A stretch of 64,000 nucleotides of DNA from Eledone cirrhosa. Its lineage: Eukaryota. A model generated the notes under the pieces. It made no database searches. It worked only from the letters and a program-made list of their open reading frames with translations, and was not told the DNA's origin. A program made the position numbers and the translations under genes. Each line of letters opens with the position of its first letter. The stretch's first letter is position 1. Positions 43,242 to 56,385 of this stretch are shown in pieces. The stretch spans positions 270,940,001 through 271,004,000 of the forward strand of contig OZ024741.1 of NCBI GenBank assembly GCA_964016885.1, in the 5' to 3' direction.

Positions 43242-44232
43242 TGGGTCAAGCAAAGACCGAGGAAAATGGGCAACTGGCACATCGAATGTGCTCAGGCGTT
43301 CACAGTCCTCTGGCAAACGGACCCGGCGATCAGTGGAGACTCCACTTCGACATTCTATAGAGGGCTGGTCCGCAGCAAGTGCGACGACGCGCTCGGAGAA
43401 ACTCTAGGCGTAGAAGAGGACAAACTGGCCAGTCTGTTCGGTAGGACCTTCCGCCCGGGACCGATGGACAACTTCCAAAAGTCCCTGGCATGGCAATGCT
43501 ACCGAGAAGCTCTACCAGTTCGAGACAAGCTCTACAGACACGGGCGCCCGGGCAGAGACCCTTCGAAAAAGATCTGTCCGAGATGCGTGCGCGACGAGGA
43601 AACCGTCGCGCACAAATTTGTACACTGCTCGGGCGTTACCGACCTGTGGGGCTACGTTGAACGACTTTTGTCGTGGGTGGGACCAATCCAGTTGACCACC
43701 GAGTCCATTGTCATGATCAAACCGCCACCCTCCTTCAAAAACGAGGGAGAGGCGGTTTTCCTATGTGTTATCGCTATGGTGAATGAGGTTACATGGTGGA
43801 CGAGGTTAAAAGGGCTGAGGTCAGACACCTTTCTCTCCGGCGAACAACTGATTCGTTTCTTCAAATATCATTTTGGAAGAAGAATCAGGATGGAGAGAGA
43901 GGTGCTGTACCCCAGCAAATTTTATAAAATGTGGGTGAATGGGGCAAAGATGGCCCGAGTGGTTGGGCCTTCTCTCTATATAAGCCTGTAGGTTGAGGAA
44001 AAAGAGGAAGAGAGAAAGGGAGTCCTAACTCTTGGTGCTCCTCGAGATGAGGGTTGTACATTTTTTCGGCGTGTGTACAACCCCTGTGTAACGCCTCCCC
44101 CCTATTGGGGATTTTAATTGTTATTTTTTATTTTATTAATAGTTTTATTTTCATATACCTGCATGTAAACTCCCCATTTGTATTTGTCCCCTTCTTTTGT
44201 GCCCTTATGGCTAATAAAGAAATTTATCTATC
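43242..44232 (+). mobile_element. Second, diverged Tx1/L1-like 3' fragment directly following the first tail
   Basis: ORF 43266-43991 is paralogous to 42458-42985; ends aataaagaaatttatctatct. Confidence 0.88.
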
Positions 44233-44403
44233 TCCCTCCCCCCTCCTTCTATCTAACTACTTCAAAATCCACTTCTATTTCTCTATAAACAAATCAGTCT
44301 TGTTGAAACTTATTCGGACTTGCAATCGAGCGGTTGTGAGTTCGATTTTTGGACCGGGTGATGCGTTGTGTCCTTTCTTATTTCTGTTTACCATTTACAC
44401 ACA

Positions 44404-44463
<60 letters not shown>

Positions 44464-44464
44464 T

Positions 44465-45050
44465 ATATATATATAATAATAATATTTATACTTATATATA
44501 GATAACATATATACAATTATAAATACGATAAGGGTAATATTGTGTATTACCCGATTACCAGTAAGAAAAGTAGCAAAAATTTGATTGCTATCTATCTTTT
44601 TCTACCCGCCGAAATGCGATTCTCCCTGAATTTATATTTATGTGGTATATATATATATATATATATATAGGAGGACGTTATAGTTCACTTGAAGCATTGT
44701 GTAAAGAGGTATAAACGTTTGTATATGTATAATAAAGCCAAAACAATGCAGGTATGGACATTGAATAAAGAATGCAAATCCAAAAGATATTGTTGACAAT
44801 TAGTCTTTTACCTTAGATTTATTTAAATGTCCTTAATTTTCGAGATAATATCTCTTCTTCGGAGGGAAGTAAAGCGGTTAAACCAGTGTTCTAAATAGCT
44901 TGCCAAGTCATGCTGACAGGAAATGGTATCTGTTCTATCTCTAATGTCAAAGAGTTAAGGTCAGGTGGATAAAGAGTAGTCTCCCTTTAAAAGGGTTTTT
45001 TTTTTGTGTGCATGCCTGTTTAAGTGTGTGAAAGAATGTGTGAGGTGTAA

Positions 45051-45085
<35 letters not shown>

Positions 45086-45197
45086 AGTGTGAGAAGATAT
45101 GTCTATACGTAAATGTGGGGGATAGATGTTATCTCGTGTTAGAACTGGTCTTTGTGTGTGTACGTGTGTGAGAGAGAATAAGTTGAGGTGTAAGCGC

Positions 45198-45265
<68 letters not shown>

Positions 45266-45505
45266 GCGCGCGTGCGTGCTGTGTGTGCGTGGGTGTGGGA
45301 GGGGGTGTAAATATGGGGCTAGATGCTCTATCAAGTTATAAATTGGGTGTTGAGTTCTAGTCTATTATTGATTGGTGGATGTGTTTTGTCTATAATTAGT
45401 GCTTCCTTAATTCTAAGATTGCCGAGGTTTCTTTCCTTAGTTTCTATCCTAACTGTTATGGTTTTGTCGGTGTTTTTGCATTTAACTAGGTGTTTCTTAA
45501 ATGAG

Positions 45506-45583
<78 letters not shown>

Positions 45584-45772
45584 GTTGTATATATACAACA
45601 TAAATATAAATTTAGCGAAAATCGGAGAATCGCATTTCGGCGGGTAGAAAAAGATAGATAGCAATCAAATTTTTGCTAATTTTCTTACTGGTAATCGGGT
45701 AATACACAATATTACCCTTATCGTATTTATAATTGTATATATGTTATATATATATATAAGTATAAATATTAT

Positions 45773-45780
<8 letters not shown>
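44465..45780 (-). mobile_element. Composite: inverted arms (44465-44640 vs ~45600-45780) enclosing a PLE 3' end (GIY-YIG C-terminus 45334-45505 and an HHR-like motif ~44830-44865)
   Basis: Minus strand SFKKHLVKC..LRIKEALIIDKTHPPINNR; CCGAAGA a-gagat..atctc GAAA. Confidence 0.65.
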
Positions 45781-45809
<29 letters not shown>

Positions 45810-45826
45810 CTAAAATAACAGATTAA

Positions 45827-45877
45827 AGTTTAAGCAAAGAATCGCTGCTTTCACCCTTAACGGGATCTTCTGAAACT
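45827..45877 (-). ncRNA. HHR-like motif with CAGAAGA core
   Basis: agttt CAGAAGA t-ccc-gttaa-ggg-t GAAA gca..tgC TT aaact (5-bp stem I). Confidence 0.55.
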
Positions 45878-46225
45878 AAAAAAGTCAATCTGTAAACGCA
45901 GAACTGGATATTTAAAAAAACGTTGCAACCGGAGGAAGACAGGAAGACGATACTTTGGTTCATGGTGACGTTTGATGGCAAAGAACGGGAAAAAACGAAT
46001 AATACGTCATTAATAGGAGCGGTGAAAAACAATTACGTGCAAGGACAGAACCACGTTTATGGTATAAAAGAGGTCGTAGACTAATGTTCTCTAAGTGGTG
46101 CATAGAGACGTTCTCTGGCATAATCTGTTATTTTAATAAATATTTGCTCTTCGGTTCTTATATATTTGATATATATTTTCCTTATCGAGCCCTCTCTGGA
46201 TTTTAGTCTTCAATTTTATTATTAT

Positions 46226-46289
<64 letters not shown>

Positions 46290-46421
46290 CGAAGGAAATG
46301 TGGTAAGGAACCAGGCGGACCATAACGCACCAAAGTACTCAATACTTAGGGTAGTATAGTGGGTAATAGGAACAAGTAAGACCCCGACGGCTTGAGCTCA
46401 GCCGTCGGGGTCTTACTTGTT

Positions 46422-46462
<41 letters not shown>

Positions 46463-46585
46463 CGTGTAATTTTTATTTGGGAGAACTGCTGGATTTTAAT
46501 CTACCAGTCTCTTCTTAGCGCTGAGGGAGACCATCACCGTTATATTGATGTCGATATAATTTGTATATCGATATTAATTTGGGCA

Positions 46586-46709
46586 TCCACTGATGAGTTT
46601 ATAAGAGCCCGCTTGTGTATAAAACTACGGATTATATACAAGTTTCTACATAACCTGGAAATTATTTATCCCAATTTGTAGAAATCTTATAACGAAACGG
46701 CTGTCTGGA
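46586..46709 (+). ncRNA. Hammerhead ribozyme with branched stem-II domain
   Basis: tcca CTGATGA gtttataaga [cttgtgtataa/ttatatacaag][ttctaca/tgtagaa] tcttataac GAAA cggctG TC tgga. Confidence 0.8.
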
Positions 46710-48023
46710 AGGAAAGAGATATTTATTTAATAATGTCTCATATAAAATAATACAACGAATTTTCCACGAAATACTGATTAGTTAGCACCCCAATCACTAA
46801 ATTGGGATAATACTTAAGTATATCCTAATGTTTGTTGAGTGAGATGGAGTTGGTCGGAGTATCGCTTAAGGCTTTCTCTGTTTATGTGACAGGAATATTG
46901 AACGTCAGATCTCGTGGTCAGTGAAAAGACGCGTGGCACAACTCCCCAGTGACAGAAACCACTGCAGATTATGCCTGGCTGAGGCGGCGGAAATAATTTA
47001 ATTAAAATCTGCCATAAACTATAGGTCGGACATAATTGTCAATTGCAGACACACCAGGCTGAACACCTTTTCCGCACAAACATTCGGGGGAGGACCACGC
47101 TCTAACCATGACCCACAATAATAATAACCACCTCTGCCCCGTATCACCATCACCCATCTCAGCGAATTTATTAATTTTAATTTAATTTTATTTTATCTTA
47201 TTTTATTGTACTGCATGTAACCATTTGTAAGCCCGTATTTTGTATATCATGCCGCATACATCACCCCCACCAAAAATCACATCGCCATACACACCTCATC
47301 CTTGCAACATTGTGTTCGATCGGTCTCCTATGATAGGTTTTACCTTACAATCCATAGTAACACGGGATCTTGTAAATACAATGTCGATCATATCACACCA
47401 TCGCCACCACCACCACACCACACCACACATCGTCATATGTCTACCATACACACCCGCAACCTTATCACCCCATGTTCCCTCTGTCTACTCTAACCTACAA
47501 CCCCACGCTAAATTCGACCCTGTAAATGTACTGTCGCACGCACACACACCCACCGCCACTACTAGATACATCCACATACTTCAACAATCATTAACATCAT
47601 TAACATCATCAACATATATCATCCCTCACTCCCAGATCGACTGTATTATATCCGCCCCCCCCCCGTCTGCCTTACCCTGTAACACACAGTAACTTCTGAT
47701 CATGTAATCATTTTGTCGAACATATCACCCCACCACCACCACCATCACCATCACCACAACACACATCGCCATACGTCCATAAACTCTTCTCCCCCGCGTT
47801 CCCTATGTCACCTTTTAACCTGTAACCCATCACACTATTCCATCCTGTATATTTTTGTCGCTCACAACTCCACCACCACCACCACCACAAGACACAACTC
47901 CATACTTCATCAACACCGCCAACACATGCCTCTCCTCCCGAACCAACACAAGTGTGTGTGTCTGTGTGTAAGTAATTTTTACATATACGGGCGTATAAAT
48001 ATGCGTGCGTGTACGCATATATA

Positions 48024-48125
<102 letters not shown>

Positions 48126-48813
48126 AAAGAATAGAGGTGTAACACACAAGTTATGATATATTGGTAAACGGAAAAGAAAATGCTGACAAATTGTTCACAG
48201 TGAAAAATAGTTTAATTAGGAATAAGTGAGAATTAGTAATAGTATTGGTTAGTATTCAGTATTGGTTTTAAGTTTTACCGGTTGCGCATTTCTAATGCTT
48301 TTCAAAAATAATTTTGAGATAGAGCGTCCGTGATGTTTGCTCTGATCTGATTAGTTTTGGGAATTCTACCTGTTTTTATGTTAAAAAAAGTGGCTCCAGC
48401 GGTATTAAAATAAGTTTGGCGCCAATTCGTGTTGCAAAAATTCTTGTGGTCAAAACAATTTTGATTGGTCGGTAGAGGTCATGTGAATGTTAAAAATTGA
48501 TTTTGCGCCAAATGTAGGTTTGTATCGGCTGATTGAGAAGTCACTGAGAAATAAGTCTTTCAAAACAAATATGTGTGTGTGTGTGTAGTAGTAGTAAAGA
48601 GGTTCGTTGTTGTGATAATGGTCAGCAGGGATGTGTGTGCGAACCGCAGCCTGTTGACAGTTCAAATGCCTATTAAGACAAGTGTGTGTGTGTGTGTAGC
48701 AGAGTAATTCGTGGTAGAGGGATGGTCAGTAGGAATGTCTGTAAGTGTGTGGGGGATATTTTAACATGTTAAAAGATATTTTTCAGCTCTTGTCTTATAC
48801 GGAGAAGTGTGTG

Positions 48814-48890
<77 letters not shown>

Positions 48891-49349
48891 ATGTACGCGT
48901 GTGTATGTGTGTGTGTATATATGTGTGTGTGTGTGTGAAAATATGTGTGTGTGTGTGGGTGGACCAGTATTTATTTCTGGTAAAATGGTGTACATTATTC
49001 GATATTTTCAGTAAAATCGATTCTCTCAATAGAACATCAAAAACCTTAATAATAAAAGGTGTGAAATGATATATAGTATTGGCATAATACCAAGGTGTGT
49101 GTGAGTGTGTCCAGATTGTATGTACTGCAAGGGGAATCCACTAGGCCTTGCCGTATTAGAATACCTGTGCACAAATATGTATCTGGAGTGTGTCCAGAAA
49201 TTGTATACCTGTGCACAAATATGTATCTGGAGTGTGTCCAGATTGTACGTACTGCAAGGGGAATTCATTAGGCCTTGCCGTATTGGAATACTTGTGTACA
49301 AATATGTATGTGCCCATCAGTGTGCAATGCATGTGTGCGTTTATGTATA

Positions 49350-49972
49350 TTTATATATATTTCCTAGAGTGCTTAAATTATTTGTGACTAATACCGGTAT
49401 TTTTCTAAAAAAAGACCGCGATGATATTGTTTTTTGCTGAACTCCTTTTGTAGAGTTTTCTTTCGGAATGTTTTTGACTGTTGTTTCATGTAAACAAACA
49501 TTTGTCTCATTCTGACGTCACCAGCCCTGTTTTTCCACATGTGCGTTTATTTTAATAACCACGCATGATGTTAAACTAACCTGCTTCTAAATTCCCTTTT
49601 TGGCATATAACCAGTGAGACCTTGGTTACCATGTTGAGCTCGGCTGATGAACGAAATCCAACCGTGACCATCCCCACTGAAAGTTTTCGTGAAATAGTCT
49701 TTTCAAGACTATACAGAGCATTTGAAGTTGTCCCAAATTGAAGGTTAAGTACTTTAGACTTTGTTTTATCATGAGTTAAGGCTCTATTGATTTTTCCCTG
49801 GATTTCTCTAAATTCTGTTGGATAAATCTATATCCTGATTCCTTTTGAATTGAGTCTGAATTATTTTTCCCATATCTTATGTTAACTATTTTCCCATTTT
49901 GACGCTATAGTCACATATATGTTATGGAATACTGTTAGCTTCTCGCTACAACAATTTCTATACTTTTCATTT
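49350..49972 (+). mobile_element. ~625-bp non-coding HHR-bearing repeat unit (copy at 61835-62590)
   Basis: Collinear with 61975-62590; HHR at 49638-49719. Confidence 0.8.
49638..49719 (+). ncRNA. HHR with full 7-bp stem III (copy at 62261-62336)
   Basis: CTGATGA acgaaa..tttcgt GAAA tagtctt-ttc-aagactA TA cagagc. Confidence 0.75.
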
Positions 49973-51116
49973 ATATATATATATATATATAGGTGAATCT
50001 GTGTGTATGTGTATATGTGTGCGTATATGTGCATGTATGTGTATGTGTGTGTGTGTGTCTGTGTATATGTGTGTATATATATATGTGTGTATACGTGTGT
50101 GTGTGTGTATGTTTATGTATACGTGTGTGTGCGTGTATGTGCGCATATCCGTATGTGTCTATGAGTGTATGTATGTGTATGTATATATGTATAACACCTT
50201 CTCCATTGCCTCTCACCTTCCCTCCATCTTTGTCCTTCGCCACCCCCACCGATACTCCCCCACTCTCCCTATATGTGTCCGCATGCGCGCATGCACATAC
50301 ATGTGTGTATATATACATATGGATGTGTATGTGTGTGTGTGGATATGTGTGGGCGAGGGTGTGCGTATATGTTGTGTGTGTTTATACATCAATATATATG
50401 CGCATATATACATATGTGTGTGTGTATACATATATACAACGTATTTGTCAGACGAGGAGCGTCTAGCTATGTATCTCCGTAAGGACTCGACACCACCAAC
50501 ACATCCACCACACCACCACAAACGCCACTACCATAAACAACACCACAACCACACCCCCACACACGACAACCCGTCTACCGACAACCCACTAACATCATAC
50601 AACAGCCCATCCCAGTAAGCGACTATAACCACCATCATATCATCACATCCACCCCACATACACTACAGGCCAAGGCCAACCCGCCACCACCACACCACAG
50701 CCCATCTCATCCACCGACCGTCACCAACATCTCACCATCACACCCACCCCCACATACACTACAGGCCAGTACATCCTCTTGATTCTTCCCACCAATCAAA
50801 ACAACTCATTTTGTCAAACTCTTGAAACTCTAACTTTACCTCGTAGCATGTATTTCATTTTCTTATAGCATTTTAAAAGGGTCCGTCGAGCCGCCGATTA
50901 TTGAGTCGGGTAGGATCGATACAGATCGAACCTTGAGCTGATCAGTGGCGAAACGCGCGTCACCTATCAATAAATGCAATAAAGGAGTAATCAATCGTCC
51001 TTGTTATCCTTTCTATATATTACACTCTGTATAGCTCTACACCTCATCACAGAAGTGAACCTAAACCTCGAGTGCTCACCCGGGTGAACCTGCAGTAACT
51101 GCAAGTTACAACCCCT

Positions 51117-51375
<259 letters not shown>

Positions 51376-51521
51376 TTTTGAGTTTATGTTGGTTGTATAC
51401 CAACACCTCAGTATTCAGGCTGGAGCACTCGACGAAGTGCGCAGGTTGGTTTGGTTACTCCGGAGTAGTGTAAAATAAAGTTAAATAAAAGTCAAATGAT
51501 TAAAATTTAGCTTCGTTTATT

Positions 51522-51576
51522 ACTGCTATATATATTTCAGTGACAGCCATCTTTGGCTGTGACCTCTTCAGGCAGT
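51522..51576 (-). ncRNA. Hammerhead ribozyme (relative of 10568-10623)
   Basis: actgc CTGAAGA ggtc-acagcca-aaga-tggctgt-cact GAAA tatatA TA gcagt. Confidence 0.85.
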
Positions 51577-51897
51577 TTGAATTAGTATGGTATAGACAAG
51601 TATATATGTTGTTTAGGTGTATGATATTGTCAATACTCTGATATGCCCAGTTCCTTGCTGGATTGTTAATTCACTGGGGAACTGGAGTCATATTTAATCA
51701 TTTGACTTTTATTTAACTATATATATATATATATATAAACGGAAAAAATGAAACGAAATTTCATTTCCCACTCTTAGTACGGCTGTTACTTAAATATAAG
51801 TATGTAGACGTACATACATATATATGCAAATTGGGCTACTCAGCCGTTAATATGCATAAGGTAAGTATATACGTTCAACAATCTGGCAGGAAGGTAT

Positions 51898-51940
51898 ACG
51901 TTGCTGACGATAGCTAATAAGATTGAAACTAGTACAGCGT
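51898..51940 (+). ncRNA. Minimal HHR
   Basis: acgttg CTGACGA tagct-aata-agatt GAAA ctaG TA cagcgt. Confidence 0.7.
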
Positions 51941-52585
51941 TCCTTTGTCAGTGTTGAACAAACGAGCAACGATGGTTGCTAGACACTATGGCTTAATACG
52001 GGATGTTTGTTTACAAACACACCGAGCATTATAATAAATGTTCGGTGAATCCATACGTACATATATATATGTGTGCATGTATGTATATATATATACATAC
52101 TACTGTACGTCTGTATACATATATGTATGTACGTGTACATACTTATATATATACAACATACTTATATATATACAACATGTATGTATATATATATACATAC
52201 TACTGTACGTCTGTATACATATATGTATGTACGTGTACATACTTATATATATACAACATACTTATATATATACAACATGTATGTATAAGTGTAGGTTTAG
52301 ATTATATATATGTTTGTGTGTATTTGTGCATTATGAAATCGAAATTGTCGAAAGATTTTCAGGCCCGAAGGAACATAATCTTAAAAGTTTTACTTTGTAT
52401 GATATAAGGGTTATGTCCCTTGTAAAATCGAAGCAATCATGTTGTTGTTGTTGTTGTGTGTGTGTTTTAAGAACTAGAATCTTGTGCACGCAGCATACTG
52501 AATAGATTTTAAAGGGGGCTAACTGCTACAAATTTTCAGCTGTATTTGTTAAGAGTTCTCTACCCTTTATTATGTATCTATTGCT

Positions 52586-52697
52586 GCGTTCAAATCCCGC
52601 CGAGGTTGACTTTGCCTTTCATCCTTACGGGGTCGATAAAATAAAGTACCAGTAATACACTGGATAATTTGCTGGCCTTGTGCCAATAGTAGAAACA
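52586..52697 (+). mobile_element. 5'-truncated SINE with a 17-bp TSD
   Basis: attatgtatctattgct at 52569-52585 and 52698-52714. Confidence 0.88.
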
Positions 52698-53106
52698 ATT
52701 ATGTATCTATTGCTTGTTTTTAAGGCCTGGTCCAGGACAGCGAATGGTTTTAGTGTTTAAAGTAAAGGTTTGAATTTAAGTGTTCGGCTTACATTTAGTA
52801 CGGTAAAGTGTTGATGTTGGGTTTATAAGCTGAGTAGAATCAGGGTAATTGTTTTGGATTATAGTCATTCCTGGAGTTTTAGTGGCAGGTCTAAGTTTGA
52901 AGTTGAATATTACGGTATCTTTCTTTGGTTTTTATATAAATATATATTTACATATTTATTTTATGTTAGCAGCCATTATAGACCAGGTACGGAATGTTCT
53001 AGATATGAAAGATTGTGATGACTTATGGTATTTTATTTATTTAATATGAAATCAAAATGTTGTAAAGACAATCATTAATATATTCGTCTGTTTCCTATTG
53101 AGCAGC

Positions 53107-53299
53107 GGGTAGGAGAGAGACAGAGGGTAAGAGAGAGAGATGGGGGGTAAGAGAGAGAGAGACAGGGGGTAAGAGAAAGAGATGGGGTAAGAGCGAGACA
53201 GGGGGTAAGAGAGGAGAGAGAGAGCGAGAGAAGGGGGTAAGAGAGAAAGAGAGAGAGGGGTAAGAGAGAGACAGGGGATAAGAGAGAGAGAGACAGGGT

Positions 53300-53353
<54 letters not shown>

Positions 53354-53480
53354 GTAAGAGAAAGAGATGGGGTAAGAGCGAGACAGGGGGTAAGATAGGA
53401 GAGAGGAGGTAAGAGAGAAAGAGAGAGAGGGGGTAAGAGAGGGGGGGTAAGAGAGACGGGGGTGAGAGAGAGACATGAGC

Positions 53481-53543
<63 letters not shown>

Positions 53544-53840
53544 TAAGAGAAATAGAGAGAGAGAGAGAGGGGTAAGAGAGACAGGGGATAAGAGAGAGAC
53601 GGGGGGGGGGGGTAAGAGAGAGAGACAGGGGTAAGAGAGAGACGGGGGTAAGAGAGAGCCAGGGGGTAAGAGAGAGGCGGGGTAAAAGAGAGAGACGGAG
53701 GTAAGAGAGAGACAGGGATAAGAGAGAGGCAGGGTGAGAGAGAGACGAGGGGGGGGGTAATAGAGAGAGACAGCGGGAAAGAGAGAGACGGGGGTAAGAG
53801 AGAGCAAGGGGGTAAGAGAGAGGCGGGGTAAGAGAGAGAT
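53107..53840. repeat. Purine-rich minisatellite, (GGGGTAA(GA)n CA)n
   Basis: Dozens of GGGGTAAGAGAGAG variants. Confidence 0.9.
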
Positions 53841-54009
53841 TGTCAAAGAGAGATAGTCAAACATAAGCAAAATATGTCTCCTTGAAACATATACATAACA
53901 ATAAGTGAGACCTCTTTAATGTAGGTCCAGGTTGAGATTGAACCCTATACCATGATTTCCACCATCTCTAACACCTCCCACTAGGTCACTGAGACGGCTA
54001 GACAATCAT

Positions 54010-54222
54010 TATTTGGCAGTATCAGTAGAGCGTCGGACAACAAGCTTTGCACCAAAGAGTTATGGCCCTTTACGTTCTGAGTCGAAATCCTGCCGAGGTT
54101 AACTTTGCCTTTCATCTTTACGGGGACGATAAAATAAAGTACCAGTAATGCACTGGGGTAGATTTAATCAACTTTCTACCCCACCTTCAAATTGCTGGCC
54201 TTGTGCCAAATGTAGAAAGAAT
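54010..54222 (+). mobile_element. tRNA-derived SINE; a further truncated copy lies at ~56288-56385
   Basis: aaatcctgccgaggttaactttgcctttcatc..aagtaccagtaatgcactggg..ggccttgtgccaaa. Confidence 0.8.
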
Positions 54223-55293
54223 TATTTAAGGAAATTAATCTTATCCGTCTTACTCCATATTCTACATGAATTATCTCCCTTCTATTATAAATATCCTTAT
54301 AGAGTAAATATAATTAAATATGTTAGCAATTATATAGAAGTTAGTGTTAAGAATTTAGGGTAGTAACTGTTTTCTGATGCATTAATTATAACAGCAACAC
54401 TTTTATTACAAATTCGGTTGGTCTTATGCGTTTGTGTGTGTGTGTGTGTGGTGTGTGTGTGGTGTGTGTGCGCGGATGCGGGTGCGCGTGCTCGTGCGTG
54501 TGTGTGGGTGTGCATATGTGTGGGTATGCGCCTCTGCGTGGGTGTGCGCGTGTGATCGTGTAAATACAGAATAACAATTTCATTTATATTCCATGCAAAT
54601 TAACTTTTCAAGGGAGGTTACTCTTACAATTTTTAGCAGTATGCTTCATAGTTATGGCCCTTGGATGTTAAATATATTTTTTATATTTTGATTTGATGCA
54701 AGGGCAATTATATAGGATATGATTAAGGCTAGGGCAGCTGATGGCTTTAGGGATTAGTTTAGGCTTTACGTTATGGCTTGTTTGAGATTGCTGTTAAGGT
54801 TACAATTAATGTTAGACCCGACACAGAATTTTGTTTGATTCATGGATAATTATATATTTTAGGGTTATTGACAAGATATCGGAGGGTTTTAGAGTGGTCT
54901 TAGTTTTGTTGGTTTAAATTTTGCCTTAACGTTCATTGTTATAGTTTAAGGTTAGCATTAGAGTTTGTTGGGATTTTAATTTTGTGGTTAGCTTTTAGGT
55001 TTAGTCAATATTTATTGCACCCCTTCTATTATAAATATGATATTTTCATAGATTAAATGATATAATGTGTTTGCAAGCATACAGAAGTTAGTGTTAAGAA
55101 TGTAGAACAATCAGTGAACGTTTTCTGTTACAATAGTAGTTATATCACTTTTATAAGAAATCGCATCAAGTCTTGTGTGCAAGGGAGTATACTCCTGCAG
55201 ATTTTTAGCTGTATTCTTGTAGAGAAGAGTTATTTTTCTTGCATATAGAATATATATTTCTTGATATCACTAAATTTAATTTGATGAATTATA

Positions 55294-55628
55294 CAGTGGC
55301 AACTCGTTCAAGAACTTAATTCGCTCCTGAAAGTCATTCGTCATCGGAAATGTTCGTAATGTGAAACTATTTTTTCCATACAAAACGTCGAGAGAAATAC
55401 AGTGACAGAGAGACTATGTGTGAAAGACAGATATACATTACCATAGTAACTACAGAGCACGTGACGTTTTTCCGCTGCCACTACCAGCTTGCCGCCAACC
55501 GCGGTTGCCGGCTTGCGTTTTCGTTACTCGGGACACCGTTCGTCATCTGAGACATTTTATGTTCAGAAAAATTGTTCGTGAACCGATTTGTTTGTGATGA
55601 GAAGCATTTATGAACCGAGATTCCATTG
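55294..55628. mobile_element. Tigger/pogo-like MITE
   Basis: TA|cagtggcaactcgttcaagaac ... tttatgaaccgagattccattg|TA; imperfect TIRs. Confidence 0.65.
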
Positions 55629-56385
55629 TATATCTTAAGGTTATTGCTAGGGCATCGGAGAGATTTACGGTTCAGATTTGCTTGTTTCAGGTTAGTGTTA
55701 ATGTTCACGGGTTGTCATGGTTATAGAGTAAGATTAACATTAGTGTTTTTTGGGGGTGGTTTGTATTTAGGGGTTAGCTCTTATGTTTTAGGTAAATATA
55801 TAGTGCTAGGCTTTAGTAGTTTCCCTTCTATTAAAAATATGGTTTTTATAGACTAAGTTTAATTTAAAGTTTTTGTAACTATATAGACGTTAGTGTTAAG
55901 TCTGTAGAGCAATCACTGCATGTTTTCTGCTGCATGACTCAGTAGTTATATCCTTTTTTTATAGGTGTCATGGATGGGATTGGGGTTGGGATTAAGTTCG
56001 GAGTTGCGGTTAGAGTAATGTTGTGGCTATTGATAGGGCATAGGAGGGTTTTACCGCTGGCTTAGATTTGCTGGATTATAGTTAGCGTTAGTGTTTGCTG
56101 GGGTTGCAGTTTTGGATTTAACTGTTAAGATTAGAGTCAATATTCAGTGCTAGACTTTAGTGTACTCCCATCTCTTATAAATATGGTAATTTTATACACT
56201 AAATTTAATTTAATTTGTTTCTAATTATATAGAGATTAGTGTTAAAACTGTAAAGCAGCCACTGCATGTTTCTGCTGCAATAATTAGTAGTGGATGTCAG
56301 TATCCGCAGAGGGTCGGATGTCATGCTTTGTAGCATAGAGTTACGCCCCTTTACAGTCTATATTCAAATCCCACCGAGGTTAGCC

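Noticed and set aside
53052-53870. 272-aa Leu/Ser/Pro-rich ORF
   Set aside because: Antisense translation of the GA-rich minisatellite
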